DNA from: an uncultured Alphaproteobacteria bacterium
GTDB taxonomy: Bacteria; Pseudomonadota; Alphaproteobacteria; Rhizobiales; Xanthobacteraceae
Direction of reading: 5' to 3'
Assembly (NCBI GenBank): GCA_963720385.1
Contig: CAVRFL010000018.1
Location: 25,609 to 89,608, forward strand
DNA length: 64,000 nucleotides
This document shows, piece by piece, positions 31,916 to 40,429 of this stretch (its first letter is position 1; every line of letters begins with the position of its first letter). A model generated the notes under the pieces. It was not told the origin of the DNA and searched no databases. It saw only the letters and a list, made by a program, of their open reading frames with translations. Both the position numbers and the translations under genes were made by a program.

Positions 31916-31993
31916 CGGAGCGTAGCGCAGCCCGGTTAGCGCACCAGTCTGGGGGACTGGGGGTCGGGAGTTCGAATCTCGCCGCTCCGACCA
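31916..31993 (+). tRNA. tRNA-Pro (anticodon GGG); its 3' 45 nt form attL of the island
   Basis: CGGAGCGTAGCGCAGCCCGGTTAGCGCACCAGTCTGGGGGACTGGGGGTCGGGAGTTCGAATCTCGCCGCTCCGACCA. It folds as a cloverleaf but with a G50-G64 mismatch in the T-stem (G at 31967). Confidence 0.85.
31949..31993 (+). repeat. attL core (45 bp)
   Basis: CTGGGGGACTGGGGGTCGGGAGTTCGAATCTCGCCGCTCCGACCA, matching 42985-43029 at 44 of 45 positions. Confidence 0.85.
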
Positions 31994-32030
31994 ACAAAAT
32001 CAAAGACTTAGACCGAATTTCCCTTCGGAA

Positions 32031-32070
32031 ATGTGCCCAGGAAATCGGCTTGGGCACATCATGGGCACAT
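32031..32070. promoter_or_regulatory. candidate integrase/excisionase arm-type sites (three TGGGCACAT 9-mers, one inverted)
   Basis: ATGTGCCCA at 32031, TGGGCACAT at 32051 and at 32062. The same tandem pair recurs at 42846-42865 near attR. Confidence 0.4.
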
Positions 32071-32187
32071 TCCAGCGAAGCTTAGGGCCGCTTGGTGCGC
32101 CAGCACTCGTCCAGCATATCAGCAGCCGCCTCGTGGGGCTGGCGCGCGCCTCCTAGAAACGAGTCAGGCCCGCATAGTTGCCGAGGC

Positions 32188-32384
32188 TTAAGCCGCCGGC
32201 TGCTGCGTCTGCGCAAGACCGGCCGTCGCCAGCTTTGCAACGTCGGCAACGTCGCCATCGGTGAAACGCCCGCGCAGTTTCAACATCGCGCCGCACCGCT
32301 CCAGAAAAATACTCCGCCGCTCAGGCTTCACCCGGCGGCCGCGTCCATGACGATTTTAAGTTGATCGTCGCTGAGGGAAACCAT
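32188..32384 (-). pseudogene. small conserved-hypothetical gene with a 1-nt frameshift
   Basis: MVSLSDDQLKIVMDAAAG stops at a TGA. It continues in the next frame as (L)KPERRSIFLERCGAMLKLRGRFTDGDVADVAKLATAGLAQTQQPAA*. Confidence 0.45.
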
Positions 32385-32480
32385 TGCCGGATAATGCCGC
32401 CGCGGTGGCGGTTTTCAAGTTGGCCTGCAAACGGGCGGCTAACGAAACCGCCAGGCTGTGAACGGCACTAAAGATTGACC

Positions 32481-32518
32481 AAAAGAAAAGCGGCCCGAAC
32501 TTGATGATCCGGGACCGC
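32481..32518 (-). terminator. second (distal) rho-independent terminator
   Basis: The minus strand reads GCGGTCCCGG-loop-CGGGCCGC followed by TTTTCTTTT. Confidence 0.5.
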
Positions 32519-32583
32519 GAAGTTGGTCAGAAAGGGGTCCAGGGAGGACCCACCAGGGCATAACAGCACGGTTCGGCGGATTT

Positions 32584-32619
32584 AGCAAAAGAGAACCGCC
32601 CGGCGTGAACCGGGCGGTT
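32584..32619 (-). terminator. rho-independent terminator downstream of the 63-aa peptide gene
   Basis: The minus strand reads AACCGCCCGG-TTCACG-CCGGGCGGTT followed by CTCTTTTGCT. Confidence 0.7.
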
Positions 32620-32676
32620 GTCATCGTTCGGCTACTGGCGCGAGGCCACTCAATGGCGGCCTCCACCCCGATACGA

Positions 32677-32868
32677 TCAGAAGCGGCCGTTTGAATTGTT
32701 GCGGTCCCAGCCCAAGCCGTCGCCACGGCCATGACCATCAAACCCTAGGCCTTCCCCGGCCCCGTAGTGATGCCCGACATCGGTTTTGGGTGCGCCACCC
32801 GCAACCTTATCCGTTTCGGATTCGGTCATCTGAGTTGGCGCCTTCTTCTCCTGTTTGATCGTTTTCAT
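32677..32868 (-). CDS. 63-aa Gly/His-rich peptide with a double-glycine-type leader (bacteriocin/RiPP-precursor-like)
   Basis: GGAGGG RBS 7 nt before the ATG at 32868. MKTIKQEKKAPTQMTESETDKVAGG | APKTDVGHHYGAGEGLGFDGHGRGDGLGWDRNNSNGRF. A terminator follows. Confidence 0.55.
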   Translation of the reverse strand: MKTIKQEKKAPTQMTESETDKVAGGAPKTDVGHHYGAGEGLGFDGHGRGDGLGWDRNNSNGRF

Positions 32869-33029
32869 TTCGATTCCCTCCACACTGGCTGAATTGCCAC
32901 AAAAACTGACTGTATATGGCCGCCAGTGAGGCCCGAAATTAGAAATACTTTTATAGTTAATGAGCAGATCGGGGTGGTGATCGTTAAACTGCTCAGCGGC
33001 TACCCAGCGCCGGGTTTGCCCCTTCATCT

Positions 33030-33346
33030 TCAGACAAGCCGCCGCACCAGGAATCCGCGCCGCCACAAAACATCGAGCGCGGCATCGAGGCTTCGCGCGA
33101 TCATGTATTCCGCACCGGCCGTGATCGCCTGCGCCTCGAAGGCCCGCTGCGTTGCAGACTGAACGCCGCGACTGGTCTTGATCTCCAGAAACAATGCCTT
33201 GGCCGGATCAGGGCAGCAATAAAGTATCGTTGGACATACCAAATGCACGGTACTTTGCCGCCCACCGCATTGACAGAGTGATTATGTGCATTGAGCCCTA
33301 ACTGATCGGTCGCCCGCGCGCGCCTCCAGTCGAGGAGCTTTGCCAT
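33030..33346 (-). pseudogene. VRR-NUC domain nuclease, frameshifted near 33240
   Basis: The N-terminus is in the frame of ORF 33101..33346. The C-terminal PD-(D/E)xK part CPDPAKALFLEIKTSRGVQSATQRAFEAQAITAGAEYMIARSLDAAL is in the frame of ORF 33030..33248. Confidence 0.55.
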
Positions 33347-33434
33347 GGATTGGGTCCCGCTTTTCTTCTATGCGACGATGGCTATTGCTGTCGGCAGCAT
33401 AGTCGCCGGGAGTTGGGGTCTATTGGGCAAATAA
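33345..33434 (+). CDS. 29-aa hydrophobic peptide
   Basis: GAGGAG RBS 7 nt upstream. MDWVPLFFYATMAIAVGSIVAGSWGLLGK has a single predicted TM helix. Confidence 0.3.
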   Translation: MDWVPLFFYATMAIAVGSIVAGSWGLLGK

Positions 33435-33481
33435 ATAGAAACGTGGTTCTGGCTGGCTCGGACGCGGCTTGATCACAGCAA

Positions 33482-33601
33482 TTAAAAAACCGCAGCCGCA
33501 ACCGCCGCGAAGAGCAATACCGAAAGCACCAAACTTAGCGGTACAATCCACGCAATTCCCAGCGCGAAAAGCGCCCTGTTGAGTTCATCCCGATCCTCCA
33601 C
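33482..33601 (-). CDS. 39-aa hydrophobic peptide (GTG start)
   Basis: VEDRDELNRALFALGIAWIVPLSLVLSVLLFAAVAAAVF. Weak RBS; convergent with the 29-aa ORF. Confidence 0.2.
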   Translation of the reverse strand: MEDRDELNRALFALGIAWIVPLSLVLSVLLFAAVAAAVF

Positions 33602-33823
33602 GTTCTTCTGTTACGCGATAATAGTACGCTTCCGCACCTGCGGGCCTATTGCCCTAAAGGGCAATACGCAGCGGGAACCCTCGCGCGCTCGATCCGGCGG
33701 CCGGGGGGCCATAGGGGAAAAAGCGCAGGGCGGCAAAGATCAGGCGCGGCGGCGCCGCGCCGCCGGCCACCGCATTGCGAACGTGGATGTAGTCCGGTCG
33801 GCGGTCGATGTCGGTCATCATCA

Positions 33824-34417
33824 TCATACGGCAACGATGTGAGCGCGCGAAAATTCGGCCATCAGCCGCCGGCGTTCGTCTTCATCGTCCGGATCAACGG
33901 ACAGACGGAAGATCAAAGTTGATGGCGATGTCATCACCGTCCGACATTTCGCAGATGACGAGCGCGGAGCGGCCATCTCCGCCACATCGAACATCAGGTT
34001 TTCCATGCGTGCAGGATGCGTGGCAATGGCCGCGAGCAGGTTCAACCGGGCCTCGCGCATCGTTCTCATGACAATCGGCCCGATCGGCCGCGCCGCGCCT
34101 TTGCCATCGCGGCCGCGTTTCGCGAGTAACCGCCAGTGATCACTCTCACCGGGTCGTTGGCACGTCACCTGCTTGCAAACCCACGCTGAACCGTGATCCG
34201 TGACAACCATGCCGACGCCGTAAGCCTTGTCCTGCTCCCACACGCCCGCCTCGCGCAAATACGGCTGCGCTTCCAGTTCGGCAATGCGCCGATAGAGCTC
34301 CTGGATATGCGGACCTAACACCGCGCAGGCGCAGAGATAATGGCCCTGGCATCCTTGCGACATTTTCCTTTCCGCCGCGATGATATCGGGCGGCTTCACG
34401 CGATCGCGTTCACCCAT
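33824..34417 (-). CDS. phage-related hypothetical protein (possibly two fused ORFs)
   Basis: The central motif GVWEQDKAYGVGMVVTDHGSAWVCKQ...PGESDHWRLLAKRGRDGKG resembles a repeat common in phage tail/fibre-associated proteins. Confidence 0.4.
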   Translation of the reverse strand: MGERDRVKPPDIIAAERKMSQGCQGHYLCACAVLGPHIQELYRRIAELEAQPYLREAGVWEQDKAYGVGMVVTDHGSAWVCKQVTCQRPGESDHWRLLAKRGRDGKGAARPIGPIVMRTMREARLNLLAAIATHPARMENLMFDVAEMAAPRSSSAKCRTVMTSPSTLIFRLSVDPDDEDERRRLMAEFSRAHIVAV

Positions 34418-34421
34418 GTGG

Positions 34422-35460
34422 CTAACCGCCCCAGTTGATATCCGTGATCATCGCCGCCGCATCTTCGCGCAGCACCTCGGCAGCGAAACGAGGTTTCGGC
34501 CAACAATGCTAATCCATCGGTTTGAAACATGGAAACCATCGATGCGCCGGTGCCGGTCGTTGCATCCTGAGCCAGGGACGCGTCGGCCATTTCTATGTCA
34601 GCTTGATTACTGCCGCGCACCGCAATGTCATCAAGATCGCCGGCGATACCACTGGCATCGATCAGCACCAGTACGCCGTCGTCGAGCGCGGTGGTGACCA
34701 GTGCCGGCAGGTTCGTCATCTCGCCGCCTTGCGGACTCATCGCGGGAAATATTTCGGGGAATGTACTCGCCGCCTTCGCAACATCGGACGCCATGACCCA
34801 GAACAGCGCGCTGTTGCCGCCAGTTGTGATGGCCATCATGGCGGCGCGCAGATCAGCTTTTATCGCGGTCACGTCGTTTCCCGCCGATGGGATGAGCGAG
34901 CCGGTCGAGAGGCCATCGCTGAGAATCTCGAAGAACTTGGCGTCGACGGTGTCACTGACCGCGCCGCGCAATTCGCGAGTGAAGAACGCTTGCCCTGCGG
35001 CGCCGACATCGCGCACGGCTTCTTCGGTGAGTGTCACCAGCGCGGCAACTTTGGTCGGAGTGAGGATCTGCGAGGTCAACGTGATGCTGCTGAGCGGCTT
35101 CGGCTTGCCCTCGCCCACGACCCAGCCCGTGGCATTGGCACTCGTAAAGCCGACACGCTTCCACATCGGGATGCGCGTCATGCCGCCGTCGAGCAATCTC
35201 GCAAAGACACTGCGGGTGCGCAATGACTCGACGAACGCGCTGACGATGAATCGATAATCACCGCCGGTGGCGCTAATAGCACCAACCGGTGCCTTGACGA
35301 TCCTTCGCACGCGATCCGGACAGTTGCTGCGCTCGAGCCACGGATCAAACTCGAAGGCGCCGTCGCCCCTCGATTGGATCATTGTCGCGCGGGCGAGCCA
35401 CGGGAACAGACTGGTTGGGACTTCCATTTCGAGTGTCCTTGTTGGTAATCGGACAAACAA
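34422..35460 (-). pseudogene. HK97-family phage major capsid protein, frameshifted about 25 codons before the stop
   Basis: Phage_capsid pattern (VGEGKPKPLSSITLTSQILTPTKVAALVTLTEEAVRD...). After ...FQTDGLALLAETS the homologous tail FAAEVLREDAAAMITDINWGG* is in another frame. The N-terminus is short and may be truncated. Confidence 0.7.
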
Positions 35461-35534
35461 CAGCGCCCCGAAACGCGACAGCGCAAACGCGACAACGCGA
35501 CGGGCTAAGTGGGCAAAGGATCACTAGCCCGCTT

Positions 35535-35841
35535 TCAGGTGCCGCCGTCGATCCGGCGGCGAACGCGGACGGTGGATATCAACCAACGGCCGCCAATTTT
35601 CTTGCCGCAGTTTTCTTGGCGAGCCCATTTCCTAAGTGTGTCGGCTGGATAGTTGAAACGCTGTGACGCCGACTGGCAGTCGATCAGATTGTGCGGGGCG
35701 AAGTCGTCGGCGGACTCGCCGGGTTCGGAGGAGATCTCCTCGGTGTCCTCGAGGCGCAGAACCTCCCTTGGGGCGCCGCTGGACTTTCACCGCCTTGCCG
35801 CGCCGCGCCGGCGCCAGGCCGAGCTCGGCCTCGTGCGTCAT
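35535..35841 (-). pseudogene. excisionase/MerR-like HTH protein, frameshifted
   Basis: MTHEAELGLAPARRGKAVKVQRRPKGG continues in another frame as ...LIDCQSASQRFNYPADTLRKWARQENCGKKIGGRWLISTVRVRRRIDGGT*. Confidence 0.4.
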
Positions 35842-36204
35842 CGCTCCCTGCGGCAGGTTGCGGAGGCCGGTGCAATCCTGAAGGCGCGCAGGAGCAGGGT
35901 GCCCCAGTACAATTTGCATTGGCCGGTGATGCGCCAAGCCGACGAGGCGATCCGGGCGGTGTCCGACCAGTCCGGCTCGGGGGGACAACCCCCGCCGCCG
36001 TCGAAAATCGTCGGTTTCAATGGCATTTTGCTCTCATACCCCCCTTCGGTTTTTGCTTCGAGTGCAAACGGAGGGGCGGCGACGGTCATGCTGCAGCGTT
36101 TCATGCAACATTTGAGGCCCCCCCGGTGGCTCATGTGTGCACGATGCCGCTGCACGCGGTTTTGGCATCTGCCCGGTCACCACAGCAGGGGCGGCCGGTG
36201 GACT

Positions 36205-36332
36205 CGGCAGTGATCGGCAGTGATCATTTCTTCTCCTAAATCTCCCTCGCGCGTGCCTCTTCTGATTGAGAAAGAGACGGAAAGAGGGAGTAGAAAAAGG
36301 GGAGAAGTATTGATCACTGCCGATCACTGCCG
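36205..36332. repeat. 22-bp perfect inverted repeat (each arm is 2 x GGCAGTGATC) flanking an 84-nt pyrimidine/purine-asymmetric spacer; candidate replication origin or packaging site
   Basis: CGGCAGTGATCGGCAGTGATCA at 36205-36226 and its exact reverse complement at 36311-36332. The spacer contains nested inverted repeats (CTCCCTC/GAGGGAG, CTTCTCC/GGAGAAG). Confidence 0.6.
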
Positions 36333-36339
36333 GGCTCCT

Positions 36340-38503
36340 ACTGTGCGATGCTTGGGCTGCCTGAAAGCGCTCGTCGTGGGACAGCGCTGCCTTGGCGTAG
36401 ATGGCCTGGCGCACCCCCTTGATCCGCCACAGGCCGTCGTCGGTGTCGGGGTTGCGCACCGGCACGTAGCCGCAGCTGTTCATCCGATGGGGGATGGCGC
36501 GGCGGTTGCGCCGATCGGACAGCCACTCGTCGAAGCTCGCGTCGGCCTTGGCGCGCAGCTGCGCCAGCGTGACGGCGTCGGGGTTGCCCAGCTTGTCGAG
36601 CAGGTCGGCGAGCTCGGCGTCCTCGGGCGCGCTGCCGGTGGAGACGATCTGCCAGAACGCCGGGGTCTTCGGCGGCGGCGCCTTGGGGTCGAACTTGGCG
36701 AGGTCGAGCTCGGCAAGGTAGGCGGCGACGTGGTTGAGCCCGCCGGCGTCGTACCAGCCCCAGATGCGGCGCCAGTAGTCCGTCGACAAAGCTGTCCTTG
36801 GTGAGCTCGCTCCAGGCGACGTAATGGCGGCGATCGTCGGCCGGCAGGTAATAGCGCGTCCTGGTGGTTCGAGGTGATGACGACGCCGCAGCAATTGGGG
36901 ATGGTGTATTCGCGCAGGTGCTTCTCGTCGACCCGCAGCCCGTCCGGCGGCGCCGCGGTGTAGGCCTTGAGCCGCTCGTACAGGGCGAAGCGGTTGAACT
37001 CGCCGAGGTCGTGCGCCTCGCTGACGCGCAGGATCACCGACTTGAGAAAGCCGTTGAAGCGGCCCAGCAGCGCGGTCGGCGAAATCTCGGCGACGTTCCA
37101 CGGGCCGACCGCGTATTTCACCGGCTCGAGCAGCGTGTCCTTGCCGATGCCCTGGCTGCCGCCGAGCACCAGCGCGTGGTTGATCTTCTCGGCCGGCCGC
37201 TGCACCCGGTGCGCCAGCCAGCGAATGATGTGCTCGGCGTTGTCGGGATAGACCTTGTGGACGTGGTCGACCCACGTGTCGGCCTCGGCGGCGTTGCCGG
37301 GCTCGATCAGCGGCGCGCGGTAGTGGTTGAGCGAGGTGACGCCGCGCGCGCTCGATCCAGCCGCCGGCGGCAACGAACAGCTTGTCGGGGATCAGCATCG
37401 GCTCGCCGGGGCACCAGGTCATCTGCTCGACGCGAGCGGTGCCGGTCGAGCCAGGCGCTCGGCGTAACCTCCTTGAGCTCGCCGTCGGCGGTCGTCACCT
37501 CGATCTTGGGCAGCCGGGCGTTGACGCTGGCGCCGGGCCACGGCTCGCGGCACGGCAGGAAAAAATAGGTGCGGCTCGGGGCGTGGCTGACGAAGTCGTC
37601 GAGCTCGATGCCCTGCTCGGGCAGGTCGTCGTGCGGGTTGTCCATGCCGGCCTTGAGCCCTGACGCCAGCGTGGCGGCGATCGCCTTGCTGCCCTTGTCG
37701 GCGAGGTAGCCGTTGCGCTCCATCGCGGCCGTGAGCGCGTCCTCGACCTCCTGCGCGGAGATCCAGCCGCGCGCCACCATGGTGCCCAGCACGAAGGCGG
37801 CCTTGTTGAGCGCGTCGTTGCGGCTGCCGGGCGGCGCGCGCGGCGAGCTCGGTGGCGATCCGGCGCAGCGCGCCCTTGGCGTAGGCGCGCTCGCGCGCGC
37901 TGGCCGGGCGGTTGCGCCGTGGCGACGTGCTGGCGCGGCGCTGCGCCGGCTTGAGCAGGTCGACGATGCCGGCCGGTACATCGGGAATGCTCTTGCGCGG
38001 CGAAGGCGGCGGCGAGCTCGGGCTGGCCCTCGATCGGCACGTAGCTGCGCCGGTTGCCGAGCATCGCGCCGGGCGCGATGACGTAGCCACCGGCACCGCG
38101 GATGTCGACGCCGGCCGGCAGGCTGCCGCGGCTGTTGGTCAGCGCCGGCCGGCATTGCCGGAAGTAAACGTGCACGCCGTCGCGCGGCGTCTTCACCATC
38201 GGCAGCGCTTGGCGTCCAGGCCGGGCTGCTGCCGCAGCAGCTCGCGCAGCGCCGCCACGCCGTCGACGCCGGGATGATGCCGGTCGCCGTCGAGCACGAC
38301 CAGGCCGCAGCGCGCCAGGTCGAGCGCCGGCACCGCGCCGGGCCACTTGCGTCCACCAGGCGGCGACGGTGGCGGCGTCGTTGGCGCTGAGCGTGCTGCC
38401 AGCCCTTGAGCAGCGGCGTGCGTTTCTTCGGGTCGCAGGGAAAGACGACCAGCCCCGCGGCGGCGAGCCGGGCAGCGCATTCGGCGTTGGGGTTGTCTGC
38501 CAT
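36340..38503 (-). pseudogene. P4-alpha-like PrimPol + D5/DUF5906 NTPase (primase-helicase), with at least 9 frameshifts
   Basis: The conceptual protein must be assembled from three frames. Recognisable pieces include MADNPNAECAARLAAAGLVVFPCDPKK, VLDGDRHHPGVDG, VKTPRDGVHVYF, GAGGYVIAPGA, GSRNDALNKAAFVLG, QMTWCPGEPML, Walker A GGSQGIGKDT, YYLPADDRRHYVAWS and DYWRRIWGWYDAGG...PPPKTPAFW. The 3' end is uncertain. Confidence 0.75.
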
Positions 38504-38533
38504 GGCTTAGCCGTCGCGGGGCTGGCGGGGAGG

Positions 38534-39325
38534 TCAGATCGGGATTTCGTCGTTGAGCGCTTCGCGGCTCGACACCGGGGCCACCGGCTTGCCGATTGCG
38601 GCCGTCGTCGGCGGCTCCTTGGCGGCCGGGCCGGCTCGCCATTTCCCAACTGCCGCCACTCCACCACCCGGAACTCGGGGCGGGTTTTGGTGCCCCATCT
38701 TGGTTTTCATGGGCGCGCTCGAAAGCTCGACCAGCGGGAACACGTCCGCGCCGCGCATCGCGCGCATCCACTTCACTTTGTCTTTGAGGTTTTCGACCGC
38801 GATCCTCGCGCCGAGGGTTGAGTTGATGAAGGTGAAGCGCTCGGCGTTCGCGCCGTCGAGCAGGTAAACCAGGTACTGCTTTTGCCATGGCGGCCGCGGC
38901 TTGCCGTCAAGGCCGGTCCTCCCACTGCTGCTTGCGGAATTTTCGCGTTGAGTGCGTCGACGTCCGGCAAGGGCTCGCCGGGCTTCTTAAGGATCGTTTC
39001 GATCGGCTGGCTGTCGTGCCAGAGCTGCAGCAACTGTATGCGTGGCCAGCGCCAGCAATCGGGTGCTCGGCGGGATCGCGCGTTTGTCGCGATCGGTCCA
39101 GTGTCCGTCGACGCATTTGATCAACGTTCCTTGAATGACGCGGTCGTCGGCGCTGTCGGTGTCATCCCAGCCATCGCCCACAATGGCGGGCGGCTCTGGC
39201 TTGACGGCGGCGGGCGGCTCCGGCTTGACGACGGCGACGGGCTGCGCCTGCTTTTGCGCGAGCTCGCGCTCAGCCTGCTTCTTCTGTTCGGCGAGGACTT
39301 GCTTCACTGTCTTTGGCATCTTCAC
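38534..39325 (-). pseudogene. phage-related conserved hypothetical, with at least 4 frameshifts
   Basis: Pieces lie in three frames: MPKTVKQVLAEQKK...VIQGTLIKCVDGHWTDRDKRAIP, LWHDSQPIETILKKPGEPLPDVDALNAKIPQ, YLVYLLDGANAERFTFINSTLGARIAVENLKDKVKWMRAMRGADVFPLVELSSAPMKTK, TRPEFRVVEWRQLG and REALNDEIPI*. Confidence 0.5.
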
Positions 39326-39479
39326 TCTCCCGTTTGGTTTTCACTTCATTGACTTCGAGGCACTGCATTCGATGGCGTCGCAGCAGCTGCTTGAGCAGTC
39401 GCCGCAGTGCCCGGACGCCATCCACTCCGGGTAACGGGCGCAGTCGCAGCAGGTACTCGGGCCGGGACTGCGCTGGCAT
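39270..39479 (-). CDS. small phage-related protein
   Basis: MPAQSRPEYLLRLRPLPGVDGVRALRRLLKQLLRRHRMQCLEV... is an intact ORF directly upstream of the preceding gene. Confidence 0.4.
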   Translation of the reverse strand: MPAQSRPEYLLRLRPLPGVDGVRALRRLLKQLLRRHRMQCLEVNEVKTKRESEDAKDSEASPRRTEEAG

Positions 39480-39488
39480 TCGGTGCCT

Positions 39489-39731
39489 TCAGCTCCTCGG
39501 CCGCAGTCGCCAGGTCTGGGCTGGTGCGTCGGGAAACAGTCCGGTGTCGGTGGCGATGACGTCGGGACGCGCAATGACCGCCTTCGCCACGGCGTCCGGC
39601 ACCAGGACTCCGGACGTCAGCGCCCAGTGGGGGCTGCCATTCCGGAAACACAGCCGCAGGCGTTCCCCCCACTGCAGCGCGGTGATGACGCTCCTGACCG
39701 TGGGGCTGTGGCTGCTGCGCGGCGCACTCAC
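39489..39731 (-). CDS. hypothetical protein
   Basis: 80-aa intact ORF in line with the neighbouring minus-strand genes; no recognisable domain. Confidence 0.3.
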   Translation of the reverse strand: MSAPRSSHSPTVRSVITALQWGERLRLCFRNGSPHWALTSGVLVPDAVAKAVIARPDVIATDTGLFPDAPAQTWRLRPRS

Positions 39732-39750
39732 GGGGCGGCCCTCCGCGCCT

Positions 39751-40429
39751 TCATCTCGGCTTTGAAGTCGTCGGGCGTCCGGCGCCCCTTCTTCTTGGTC
39801 GGCTGCGGAAGTTCCGCAGCTGCTTCTTCTCGGCCCGCGCGGCGATCAGCTTCTCGGCCTCGACCACGATCTTCTGCCACCGCGTGGGGCCGAGCTTGTC
39901 CAACATGACTTTCGCGATGTCGCGGTTATGGTCCTCGAGGGCTCCATAGATCGCCGCCACCGCGCTCGATCTCGCGGCGCAGTCGGTGGTTTTCCTCTTC
40001 GAGGGCGGCGATGCTCTCTTTGAGCTTCGCGACCGGCGACGGCTTCGGTTCGGGATCGGGACCTTCGGCGCGAGGACTTCTGCCACCGACGCAGCACAGC
40101 GTTGGGATGGTTGAAGCGAAACCGCTCGCCGTCAGTCAGCCCTCGACGCCAGCGTTCGATCTCATCGCGATGGCGAAGACATTCGAGCAGCCGGGAACGG
40201 ACACCCTTGTCGATTTCCTTGAAGCCCTTCGCAACGAGCCATTCCGCCATCGCCCTTTCGTACCGGCGGCCGGTCGGCTGGTTGGTGTGGAGTCGCGCAT
40301 GACGTCGGTGCGGCCCTCGTCCAACGCCGCGGCGATGGCGATCCAGTCCTCCCAGCCGCGGCGCTGGCGCGCCATCGCCTCTTGTCCGAGCCGGATTGTT
40401 TCGCTGGGTGATGGGTTGACCTGGGTCAA
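39751..40429 (-). pseudogene. phage-related conserved hypothetical, multiply frameshifted
   Basis: ...GQEAMARQRRGWEDWIAIAAALDEGRTDVMR, then QPTGRRYERAMAEWLVAKGFKEIDKGVRSRLLECLRHRDEIERWRRGL...NHPNAVLRRWQKS, then KLKESIAALEEENHRLRREIERGGGDLW, then EDHNRDIAKVMLDKLGPTRWQKIVVEAEKLIAARAEKK, spread over three frames. Confidence 0.45.

Noticed and set aside
31767-32057. N-terminal 97 codons of track ORF 30708..32057.
   Set aside because: The extension reads straight through tRNA-Pro and the att/arm-site region. Deacetylase homology begins after the ATG at 31766.
35838-36155. Small-terminase (P27-family) assignment for the ORF MPLKPTIFDGGGGCPPEPDWSD....
   Set aside because: Only a vague N-terminal resemblance (KPT...EPDW). 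The remainder does not match in any frame that I can recognise, so it was left unannotated.
36034-37422. 462-aa ORF as a genuine protein.
   Set aside because: It is a chimera. Only parts of it are the true primase-helicase frame; the rest is out-of-frame Arg/Pro-rich read-through, including the hairpin region at 36205-36332.
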